Source: a virus
Strand: one strand, 5' to 3'
DNA: 37,613 nucleotides
Virus record (IMG/VR): IMGVR_UViG_3300045988_014133
Location: 1 to 37,613 of that record
This document shows positions 29,771-37,613 of this stretch, one piece after another (the first letter of the stretch is position 1; the number at the start of each line of letters is the position of its first letter). The notes under the pieces were generated by a model. It was not told where the DNA came from, did not search any database, and saw nothing but the letters and a program-made list of their open reading frames with translations. The position numbers and the translations under genes are program-made.

Positions 29771-32352
29771 GCAGTAGCGACTACATTGTAACCGCCGTCC
29801 TAATGGCAAAGGATAGGAACTTTCAAAGTACTTTCGAAGCGGCAAACAAGACAACGCAAACTCTCGGAGGCAAGATTAAAAGCGGTCTCGGATTCGGAGC
29901 ACTCGCCGGAATCGGCGCAAAGGCGGTTGGCGTTGTGGGAAGCGGTCTAAAAAGTCTAGTGTCAGAGCTGGATAATACAAACAGTGCGTGGACGTCTTTT
30001 GCATCCAACATGGCTATGTCAGGCATGGGCAACACGAAAATCAAGGAAACACAAAAAGACTTACAGGATTACGCAAAAAAGACCGTATACACATCAAAAG
30101 ATATGGCGGCAACCTATGCGCAATTATATGCAGTCAACAGAAAAACATCACCAAGCCTTGTTAAAGGTTTCGGAAACGTTGCGGCGGCGGCACAGAACCC
30201 GGCGCAGGCAATGAAAACCTTGTCAATGCAGGCGACTCAGATGGCGGCTAAACCTAAAGTTCAATGGGAAGATTTCAAACTGATTCTTGAGCAAACACCA
30301 GCCGGAATGTCAAAGGTTGCGAAAGCAATGGGCATGACCACCACAGAGCTTGTTAAGAATGTTCAAGACGGCAAAGTCAAGACAGAAGACTTCTTTAAGG
30401 CGATGGAAAAGTTGTCAGAGGATAGCGACCTATCTAAGATGGCACAAAGCTATAAGACGATAGGGCAAGCGGCAGACGGCTTGACGGCTACACTGTCAGC
30501 AGGATTAGCGCCGGCATGGCAGAAGATTTCCGATGTTGCCATTGGTGGAATCACAAAGTTGATGGGCGTTGCAGATAAGGGAATTGGTGGACTATCGAAA
30601 ATCTTCAAGGGAACCGGAAAACAGCTCGAAAAAACAGCAAATTCCTTTGAACGGTTCGCTGGTACCCTTAGCCGGAACCAAGGCGTTATGGATATTCTTA
30701 AACTGACAGCAAAAGCCACGTCAGCGGCTCTTAACGCCCTTCTTAAGGTCATTGAGAAGGTGTCTAACGGTCTGAACAAGATGATTAAGATAGAGCCTAG
30801 ACTTCCGGAGCTTGCCATGGGATTCGGCGCAATCAGCGCCATCATGAAAAAGACAACCGGAAAGGGACTTTTAAGGTCCATGGGCGAACCGCTTGTTAAG
30901 AAGCTGACCACAACGGTTAAAGGGTTGAATATCTTCAAGCGGAGCGCCAAAAAAGCCACAGAGGAAGTGGGCGAAACACTGGCAGAAGGTGCAGCCGGAA
31001 TGTCCAATGCAGGAAAGGCGGCATCCTCGACAGGGGAGACGGTCGCAAAGACAGGGAACAAGCTTATGCAGACTGCAACAACTTTCCTTGTATTCGGCGC
31101 TGCAATTCTTGTAGTAGCCGCAGGTTTTTGGGTGCTCGCACAGGCGGCAACGACGGTAGCAAATGGAGGACCGGCAACAATCGCCGTGTTCTTTGGCATG
31201 ATAGCAGCCATCGCAGCTTTAGCGTTTGTTTTCTCCACTCTCGGAGAAGGCTTAAACCTTGCTATTCCGGGAATGGTCGCTTTTGGAGCCACAATAGCGC
31301 TTGTCGGAATCGGCGTAGCACTTATCGGTGCCGGCGTATACCTATTATGTGCCGGAATCGTAAAGCTGGCGGGCGCACTTCCGGCGATTGCATCAACGGG
31401 AGTTGCGGCGGCTGGAGGATTGCTTGCTTTAGCCGGCGGATTGCTTGCAGTTGTGGCAGTTGCGGCGGTTGCTGGCGCCGTGCTTGTGGTTCTCGGGTCC
31501 GTTGCGGGCGTTGCGGGTGCCGGAATCCTTGTTTTATTGGCAGCTGGAGTTGCCGTAGCGGCTGTTATGCTCATGTTTGCGGCAGCGCTAAAGCTAGTCA
31601 AAACGCAGGTATCGGGCATAGCCTCACAATCCAAAAAAGCGGCATCCAGCTTGAAACAGATGGTTACAAGCGTAAATGTCGTTAAGTCAGGGTTAGGCGC
31701 ACTTAAGAGCCTTGCATCCGGGGCAATGTCAGCCTTGAAGAGTGCTTTCAGCTCGGGAGCATCCGGGGCAAAATCGGCGGCGGCTTCCATCGGTAAGAAT
31801 TTTCGTTCAGGCATTTCGAGCGGAATGAGAGGCGGAGTAAGCGCCGCAAGAAGTGGAATGCACGCAATCAATAGCGCAATGTCGGGAGAAGCCGGGAAGG
31901 CTCATACCGTAGGCGTTAACATCGGCAGGGGATTGGCTAATGGTATTCGTGCAGAAATTCCGGCAATCAGAGCGGCGGCGGCAGCAGCTTCAAGCGCTGC
32001 AACCGTGAAGATGCGGAAGACGACGAAGGAACATTCACCTTCAAGAATAACCCATAAGATTGGTGCATTCCTATCAATGGGTTTAGTTAACGGTATGGAA
32101 TCCAAGAAGCGTGACATTAGCCGCATGGCTGCAAAGCTGGCGAACATGGCTACACTGAGTCCTAGCAGAATGGCATTTGCCGGAGATTATAGCTTGAACG
32201 ACACATGGGATTATACCAGTACCGCAAACTATGAAATCACGGTAGTGTCCGAGCTTGACGGAAAGGTGGTATCGAAGCAACTGGCGCCTACTATGCAGCA
32301 GGAACAGAACCGACTGACCACAAGAGCAAACAGAAGGAGAGGTATCAGATAG
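29767..32352 (+). CDS. Tail tape measure protein
   Basis: It is 861 aa, with helical repeats and a long A/G/V/L-rich hydrophobic central block. It lies downstream of the chaperone pair. Confidence 0.9.
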   Translation: MSSSDYIVTAVLMAKDRNFQSTFEAANKTTQTLGGKIKSGLGFGALAGIGAKAVGVVGSGLKSLVSELDNTNSAWTSFASNMAMSGMGNTKIKETQKDLQDYAKKTVYTSKDMAATYAQLYAVNRKTSPSLVKGFGNVAAAAQNPAQAMKTLSMQATQMAAKPKVQWEDFKLILEQTPAGMSKVAKAMGMTTTELVKNVQDGKVKTEDFFKAMEKLSEDSDLSKMAQSYKTIGQAADGLTATLSAGLAPAWQKISDVAIGGITKLMGVADKGIGGLSKIFKGTGKQLEKTANSFERFAGTLSRNQGVMDILKLTAKATSAALNALLKVIEKVSNGLNKMIKIEPRLPELAMGFGAISAIMKKTTGKGLLRSMGEPLVKKLTTTVKGLNIFKRSAKKATEEVGETLAEGAAGMSNAGKAASSTGETVAKTGNKLMQTATTFLVFGAAILVVAAGFWVLAQAATTVANGGPATIAVFFGMIAAIAALAFVFSTLGEGLNLAIPGMVAFGATIALVGIGVALIGAGVYLLCAGIVKLAGALPAIASTGVAAAGGLLALAGGLLAVVAVAAVAGAVLVVLGSVAGVAGAGILVLLAAGVAVAAVMLMFAAALKLVKTQVSGIASQSKKAASSLKQMVTSVNVVKSGLGALKSLASGAMSALKSAFSSGASGAKSAAASIGKNFRSGISSGMRGGVSAARSGMHAINSAMSGEAGKAHTVGVNIGRGLANGIRAEIPAIRAAAAAASSAATVKMRKTTKEHSPSRITHKIGAFLSMGLVNGMESKKRDISRMAAKLANMATLSPSRMAFAGDYSLNDTWDYTSTANYEITVVSELDGKVVSKQLAPTMQQEQNRLTTRANRRRGIR

Positions 32353-34808
32353 TGTACGTTTTCAGAGATACCACGGAGGTGGGGACTTTATTGTCCCTAC
32401 CTTCCGAGGCGGTAATGATTAACGGAGAATACATTGAAGATGAGAATTCGTCGTTTTATATCGAAGGTTACCGCACATTGTATACAAAAGGCAGGGAAAG
32501 CCTTAAAAAAGACCTTAAAACAGAAGAAATCGGAAGCCGGAACGGAACGAAAATCAAAACGACAAGATACCCGGAGCGGGAAATCGTCGTTGGTTTCCAG
32601 CTTGTCGCAGAAGATAACGAATCGTTCCGGAGCGCCTTCAATAAGCTGAATGGGATTCTCGATAGAGAAGAGAGTCAGTTCATCTTTCACGATGAAGAGG
32701 ATATGTTCTTTGTTGGAACGCCGTATTTTGAGGGCGATATCGAGGAAGGACGGAACGCCGTAAAAGGAGAGTGGACAATCTACTGTCAGGACCCGTTCAA
32801 GTATTCGGTTGATGAATATGAAGCGGAATCTTTCACGGACACGGACGGAAACACAACCATGATGGTTGAATACGGTGGAACGGTCCCGGCGCATCCGACA
32901 TTCAAGGCAAGTTTTTATACTACGAAGCCAGAAGTTGACGAAACCAACGCCGATGATACCAGTTATCAGGGTAACGAAGATGAAAAGCTGGGCGAACTTG
33001 GAAATTGCGGATACGTTGCGTTTTTTGACAGTAACGAACACATCTTGCAGTTTGGAGACCCGGATATTTCCATCGAGAAGCCGGCAGAAGTGCAGCCTAT
33101 CAGGGTATCGCAGGAGTTCACGCAGGCAGGCAACTTTGGGAGCGCTATTCAGCAGCTATGGAAGCCGAATCAGAGCGGCACCGGGTATTCCGGCGCACCT
33201 ATCGAGGGCGGTTTTTATGAAGCATATGGCGCCAATTCCACGCCTTCCGGAACTACCAGCGGGGCGATTATCGGCTATAAGTGGGATGCCAAAAAGAAAA
33301 CATGGGTTTCAAGTCCGGTGTCTGACAGTTCAGGAAGTGCACCGAGCGTTAAATACAAGATGTACTACAAGGCGACCGGAAGAACAGCTAGTTCGGTTAA
33401 GCTCACAGTGGATATTACGGCGGTCGTTGGTTCAGTCAGCGGCAAGGTCAAAAAGAACTGGAAGAAAGCAAAGCTGCAAGCGGTTCTTACGGTGGCGGGC
33501 AAGAGCTACACAAAAACAATCAAGGCTGGCGGCAAATCGTGGGGCAAAGGCTCGCACAAGGTGTCGTACACGTTCACGGTATCGGACATTCAAGCCGGGA
33601 CCATTGACCTATCCTGCAAGGTGGAGGTGAAGGAATCCGGAGCGAAAGGGTCAGCCGGAAAGCTGAGTTCTCGGAGCGGAAACACAATCACAATCCCAAC
33701 GTATACCGACAAGACCCCGACAAACTACTTCTTGAAATCAAGTTATGGAAGCGTAACACAGAGCGGATGGCACGGGGCAACAATCACAAGGGAGTTGCCG
33801 CCGGATGAGAACGGAACCAGCGGCGCAGAATTCTACAGCATTGATGCATCGGTCAAGTTTTCCATCGGGTCTAGTGCCAACGATGTTACGCAATGCGGAA
33901 TGCTAGAAGTCATGGCGCTGAACAAGAGTAACGACATAGTAGCAGGTATCCGAGCGTATAAGTCAAGTCGGGGCAAGAATGCGACTATTCAGTACGTATG
34001 GCAGAATGAAGTTGTCGACAAAACGACCACCTTCAACGCAGATAACAAGAATAGCAACCTTGCAGTTAAGATTGAGGGCGGATGGTACATGATATCCTAC
34101 AAATTCGGGAGCGCCACGAGCGAATTTTACCCGTTCCCGGCAATTTACAATTTCGAGGATACCAACGTCACAAAAATTGTAATTGCCGCTTACCAGTGGA
34201 AGGCGCAACCGCCGATGGATTGGTTAGGCGTTAGGAATCTATCGTTTTACGGGCGACCAAAGACGAGCGAAAGCACAACAGAAATTCCATTCCAAAACGG
34301 TGACATCTTGACGGCAGACGGAAAGACCGCCACTGTAACCATGCTGAGGCACGGAAGCGACGAAGGCGTAAAGCGCCCGGACCTTGGAGCGCTGGGGAAC
34401 GACTGGGAAACGCTAGTTTTAACGCCCGGAACGAATTCAGTTCACACGTCCTATTCGGCGTGGGCGGGGCAGCAGCCATACATTAGGCGTTGCCGGGCGG
34501 ATGAAGCTTATGGAAGAGATTACTACCAGCAGTTAGATTCCGACACTCCATATGATAGTGGGATGGAATATTACAATTCGGCGAAAGAGCGGGTATATCC
34601 GACCGAATCCGAGTACAACGCAAGCCCGGCAAGCTATTACCAGTTCATGGATGCGGGCACGAATCCGACCGTCTACTGCAATTCAAGCGGCACGGTGTAC
34701 AGCACGCAGCCTACATACGAACAGTGGGCGGCGAATCCGTCGGAGTATTACGTGAGCGAATCAACAGCGCCAAAGTTCTCAATGACATACAGAGAGGTTT
34801 TCATATGA
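32352..34808 (+). CDS. Distal tail protein (Dit, Sipho_tail family), enlarged 818-aa form
   Basis: It starts at GTG 32352. The N-terminal ~150 aa show the Dit-like pattern (SLPSEAVMINGEYIE ... REIVVGFQL ... FIFHDEEDMFFVG ... GEWTIYCQDPFKYS). A long extension follows. Confidence 0.75.
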   Translation: MYVFRDTTEVGTLLSLPSEAVMINGEYIEDENSSFYIEGYRTLYTKGRESLKKDLKTEEIGSRNGTKIKTTRYPEREIVVGFQLVAEDNESFRSAFNKLNGILDREESQFIFHDEEDMFFVGTPYFEGDIEEGRNAVKGEWTIYCQDPFKYSVDEYEAESFTDTDGNTTMMVEYGGTVPAHPTFKASFYTTKPEVDETNADDTSYQGNEDEKLGELGNCGYVAFFDSNEHILQFGDPDISIEKPAEVQPIRVSQEFTQAGNFGSAIQQLWKPNQSGTGYSGAPIEGGFYEAYGANSTPSGTTSGAIIGYKWDAKKKTWVSSPVSDSSGSAPSVKYKMYYKATGRTASSVKLTVDITAVVGSVSGKVKKNWKKAKLQAVLTVAGKSYTKTIKAGGKSWGKGSHKVSYTFTVSDIQAGTIDLSCKVEVKESGAKGSAGKLSSRSGNTITIPTYTDKTPTNYFLKSSYGSVTQSGWHGATITRELPPDENGTSGAEFYSIDASVKFSIGSSANDVTQCGMLEVMALNKSNDIVAGIRAYKSSRGKNATIQYVWQNEVVDKTTTFNADNKNSNLAVKIEGGWYMISYKFGSATSEFYPFPAIYNFEDTNVTKIVIAAYQWKAQPPMDWLGVRNLSFYGRPKTSESTTEIPFQNGDILTADGKTATVTMLRHGSDEGVKRPDLGALGNDWETLVLTPGTNSVHTSYSAWAGQQPYIRRCRADEAYGRDYYQQLDSDTPYDSGMEYYNSAKERVYPTESEYNASPASYYQFMDAGTNPTVYCNSSGTVYSTQPTYEQWAANPSEYYVSESTAPKFSMTYREVFI

Positions 34809-37609
34809 TTTTATATTTTGCGGATAAAAACTTTAAAATTCTCGGTACCGCTTCAACCAGTTTGTCGGGCGGCTATGTTATCACCGACGACACGAAAAAG
34901 GAAGAAGTGGAAACAGGAATTGCAACGCTCGATTGCACCGTTGCCTATACCGACGACACGAGAGCCGACATTGAAAGTTGGTGCCGGGCAGGTAATTATG
35001 TATTAGCCTACTACGGCAAAGACGATTCAGCGGATGTGGATATCGTAAACCTATTCATGATTACCACAACGGAGCTGTCTGTATTGGACCACACCGTCAA
35101 ATTCGAATCGGAGGATTCCGGGCTAGACCTGCTGAACAACCTTGCTAAGGAGTACACCGGAACGGAACAGATGAGTGCAGCGGATTACATCAATAAATTT
35201 CTTGAGAAAACAGGTTTTCGGCTCAGAAACAACAACGTTTCGAAGAACCCGAAAAAGCTTGAATGGACTAGCACCGATACGGTAACAAAGAGGCTTGCGG
35301 ATATTGCGGAGAAGTTCGATGCAGAGCTTACGTATGGATTCAGCGTTAAAGGCTTGACCGTGGCGGATAGATGGGTTGACATTGCAGATGAAACAGGGAG
35401 AGACACAAAAATCAATCTGTACATCGACAAAGAAGTGAACAACATCACAGTGAAGAACACCATCGAAAACCTAGCGACGGCGCTTTACGCCACCGGAAAG
35501 GACAATTTAACCCTTGTCGGATTCAAGATTCCGGAGGAGGATAAAGGAAAGTATCAGATTGACCCGGACGGAAACCTTGTGTCCCTCGAAGCGCTGACAA
35601 AATGGGCAAGAGTGGACTATTCGAGTAAAGATTCTTTCAGTGGTAATTTGTATCAGAAATTCGAATCCTCGGACACGGCTTCACAGGCTGACCTTTACAA
35701 GCTGGCAAAAGAAAAGCTGGATTCCATTTCGGATATTGAAACAAATTATGAAATTGACATTGCGGACCTGCCGCCGGGGGTAGGGATTGGTGACCGTGTA
35801 AACATCGTGGACGATGCCGGGAACACTTACATTTCCGGAAGAATCCTTGAACTTGAAACATCTGTCACCGACGGAACGAAGAAAGCTACACTGGGTGAAT
35901 ATGTTATCAAGGACAGCGGCATTTCGGAGCTGGTGGAAAGCCTAGCAAGCAGTTTTGCGAATTTGTCAAAAGTCCGGGAGCTGTACACATGGATTGCTTA
36001 CGCCGATACCATCGACGGCGACGGACTCTCATTTTCCCCGGAAGGGAAAGAGTACCTTGGTACTGCAGTAAATCAGCTGACGGAGGAAGCCGGAACGGAC
36101 CCGGCAGTGTATAAGTGGGTCAAAACCAAAGGCGAACAAGGGGAGCAAGGAATCCCCGGTGAAAAGGGACCAACCGGAGCGCCGGGCGAAAAAGGAGACC
36201 CCGGAGAAGATGGATACAGCCCAACAGTAGACCTTAGCACAGGCGAATCAGGTAGCACGGTTTTAACTGTAACCAATAAAACCGGACCGTCAAGCACGGA
36301 GCTTAAGGACCAAACAGCACGGAACGATGCTAGCGATGCACGGAATTATGCAGATAACTATATCAACACGGATGATACCGGAACGATGGTATCACCGGAA
36401 GCCGTAAAACCAATAGCAGCCACGAAAAACAACGTTCTACTCACCGATAAGGATGTACAGATTCGAGACGGTCAAAAAGTGCTTGCCTCTTACGGGGAGA
36501 CCATTGACATTGGCGGGGAAAGCGAACAGCATGTAACAATCGCAAAAGACAAAATGGCGGTAAACGCCGGACCAGAAAGCTTATTCAGCGTTGACAGCTT
36601 CAAAAGCGGCACGGAAATAATCAGCACTTGGATTAATACAGATAAGCTTACGCCGACCGAAGATATCTACCCGGAAATATCAGACAGCATCGCTTTTTCG
36701 GTAGAAGATATAAATAGAACGATAGACCTAGACGGAAGCTATAGCTATTCGTATAATTACAGCTTCTATAATAAAGGAGCTAAGCGAGTATGGTTTGAGC
36801 TTGAAGGCGGAGGAACCATAACAATCAATGAGGCTGTTGGTGGTAATAGCCTCCATTACGAAGAATTTAGCAATAGCGGTAATGAGTACTATAACGGCTT
36901 CGAACTTGCTACAAGCGAAAAAATTACGAGAAAGGATATCATAGCGCTACGAGCCGCATACGATATAGAATTTAATCCGGCTATCGTGGACATTGGACAA
37001 TATCGAACAAAAGACGTAATCAACTATATGGGAATGAATCTATACGATTTCAAAGCGCTGAAAATTGGCTCAGGAATTGCATCCGAAAACAATAGGAGAG
37101 ATGCATTTACAGTTGACTTTCTTGGAAATGGCTATTTCGGGAACACGCTGAATGTTGAGCAAGATATCCGTGCTATGTATGTAGGCACAGCGCAAGTTGA
37201 TGCTAATAAGATAGCAGCCGAAAACATATCAGCCGAAAACATATCAGCGAACAATATTGCGATGAATATACAACGTGGTACTGGAAAAATAACCCTAACA
37301 ACCGGAGCAGTTGGTTTTCAGCCACGTTGGTATCGGTGCGGAAACATTGTTCAGATGGAAGTTTCGACAAAATGTGCCGGAGAAGTAGCAAGCGGAGCAA
37401 ATATCGCCGCCGGAAAGATTAGGGGAGTTCCAAAGCCTATAACAGAATCGGGTGTTCGTGCCGTGTCGTATTACGGTAACAATGCCAATATATCCTATAT
37501 GGGTTCAGACGGTACGTTTTACGCCCGTAACGCTGGGTCGGATGCGCTTAAAAAGGACAATGACTGCATTGGCGGATTTACGTACATTACCGACGGAACC
37601 ATGCTATAG
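34805..37609 (+). CDS. Tail-associated protein Tal / prophage-tail family tip protein with collagen-like repeat and C-terminal fibre region
   Basis: It starts with an ATGA overlap on Dit. The N-terminus MILYFADKNFKILGTAST ... LDCTVAY is typical of phage minor structural / Tal proteins. It carries 9 G-X-Y triplets and the stop lies in the terminal duplication. Confidence 0.8.
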   Translation: MILYFADKNFKILGTASTSLSGGYVITDDTKKEEVETGIATLDCTVAYTDDTRADIESWCRAGNYVLAYYGKDDSADVDIVNLFMITTTELSVLDHTVKFESEDSGLDLLNNLAKEYTGTEQMSAADYINKFLEKTGFRLRNNNVSKNPKKLEWTSTDTVTKRLADIAEKFDAELTYGFSVKGLTVADRWVDIADETGRDTKINLYIDKEVNNITVKNTIENLATALYATGKDNLTLVGFKIPEEDKGKYQIDPDGNLVSLEALTKWARVDYSSKDSFSGNLYQKFESSDTASQADLYKLAKEKLDSISDIETNYEIDIADLPPGVGIGDRVNIVDDAGNTYISGRILELETSVTDGTKKATLGEYVIKDSGISELVESLASSFANLSKVRELYTWIAYADTIDGDGLSFSPEGKEYLGTAVNQLTEEAGTDPAVYKWVKTKGEQGEQGIPGEKGPTGAPGEKGDPGEDGYSPTVDLSTGESGSTVLTVTNKTGPSSTELKDQTARNDASDARNYADNYINTDDTGTMVSPEAVKPIAATKNNVLLTDKDVQIRDGQKVLASYGETIDIGGESEQHVTIAKDKMAVNAGPESLFSVDSFKSGTEIISTWINTDKLTPTEDIYPEISDSIAFSVEDINRTIDLDGSYSYSYNYSFYNKGAKRVWFELEGGGTITINEAVGGNSLHYEEFSNSGNEYYNGFELATSEKITRKDIIALRAAYDIEFNPAIVDIGQYRTKDVINYMGMNLYDFKALKIGSGIASENNRRDAFTVDFLGNGYFGNTLNVEQDIRAMYVGTAQVDANKIAAENISAENISANNIAMNIQRGTGKITLTTGAVGFQPRWYRCGNIVQMEVSTKCAGEVASGANIAAGKIRGVPKPITESGVRAVSYYGNNANISYMGSDGTFYARNAGSDALKKDNDCIGGFTYITDGTML
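36131..36214 (+). repeat. Collagen-like G-X-Y repeat coding region
   Basis: GEQGEQGIPGEKGPTGAPGEKGDPGEDG lies in frame within Tal. Confidence 0.9.
37216..37260 (+). repeat. Perfect 15-bp tandem duplication plus a degenerate third unit in the Tal C-terminus
   Basis: AGCCGAAAACATATC is at 37216-37230 and 37231-37245, followed by AGCGAACAATATTGC. The encoded peptide is AENIS AENIS ANNIA. Confidence 0.9.
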
Positions 37610-37613
37610 AAAG
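37559..37613. repeat. Terminal direct duplication, identical to 1..55
   Basis: Exact 55-nt copy of the window start. Confidence 0.95.

Larger units (their letters stand above)
1..37613. mobile_element. Complete temperate siphovirus-type phage/prophage genome, circularly permuted contig
   Basis: All modules are present: lysogeny, recombination/replication, packaging, head, non-contractile tail and lysis. An attP-like tmRNA 3' fragment lies next to a tyrosine integrase. The contig ends overlap by 55 nt. Confidence 0.9.

Noticed and set aside
31128-31685. 185-aa plus-strand alternative frame within the tape measure gene
   Set aside because: The product is an R/C/G/S-rich off-frame translation of the hydrophobic tape measure block.
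30450-31871. 473-aa minus-strand ORF, the longest antisense ORF in the track
   Set aside because: It lies entirely antisense to the tape measure gene in its Ala/Gly/Val-rich block. The product is low-complexity (A/P/T-rich), has no RBS and has no minus-strand neighbours. It is an artefact of GCN-rich codons.
32397-33630. Alternative ORFs inside the Dit gene (214 aa minus strand; 254 aa plus strand in another frame)
   Set aside because: Both are embedded in a gene that has a recognisable Dit N-terminus. The products are R/S-rich or otherwise low-complexity and lack RBSs.
1-37613. CRISPR array, diversity-generating retroelement, transposase/IS, or restriction endonuclease partner for the methylase
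   Set aside because: No spaced direct-repeat array and no reverse transcriptase or template/variable repeat pair near the fibre genes were seen. No DDE or serine recombinase other than the tyrosine integrase was seen, and no nuclease ORF lies adjacent to the Dam-like gene. The only tandem repeats are in-frame coding repeats.

Overview
The window is one complete, circularly closed temperate phage or prophage genome. The first 55 nt are repeated exactly as the last 55 nt, which leaves about 37,558 unique bp. The modules resemble SPP1/TP901-1/lambda-type siphoviruses of Gram-positive hosts, with strong AAGGAGG-type RBSs, an Amidase_3 endolysin and a Firmicutes-like ssrA 3' end at attP. Almost everything is on the plus strand. 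In map order the window holds: a receptor-binding fibre (64-2235); a lysis cassette (2441-4602) with a coupled sigma-region-4-like gene; a terminator-bounded moron cassette of four unknown genes (4937-6536); an AT-rich accessory corner (6551-7620) with a putative promoter-to-terminator small RNA converging on a 72-aa minus-strand gene, plus an XRE regulator; attP carrying a tmRNA/tRNA-like 3' end with its own terminator and repeat motifs (7616-7829); integrase and a CI-like repressor on the minus strand (7846-9379); a switch region, cro-like and xis-like genes; a recombination and replication module (Rad52-like SSAP, HNH-like, NinB-like, SSB, replisome organizer with internal iterons, Gp157, DUF1064); a block of small unknown early genes; a sigma-like late activator; a ParB-DUF4417 / HExxH peptidase / orphan Dam methylase cluster; terS, terL, portal and a MuF/gp7 head protein with a RadC-like JAB extension; then scaffold, capsid, connectors, major tail, a chaperone with a T_TTT_TTA -1 frameshift site, tape measure, an 818-aa Dit and a Tal with a collagen-like repeat. 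No rRNA, complete tRNA, CRISPR array, transposase or reverse transcriptase was seen. The candidates most worth follow-up are the sRNA / 72-aa / XRE corner, the MuF-JAB fusion with its small partner ORF, the Cys-rich moron cassette, and the ParB-DUF4417 / metallopeptidase / Dam cluster. All family assignments come from motif recognition by eye and need profile searches to confirm.
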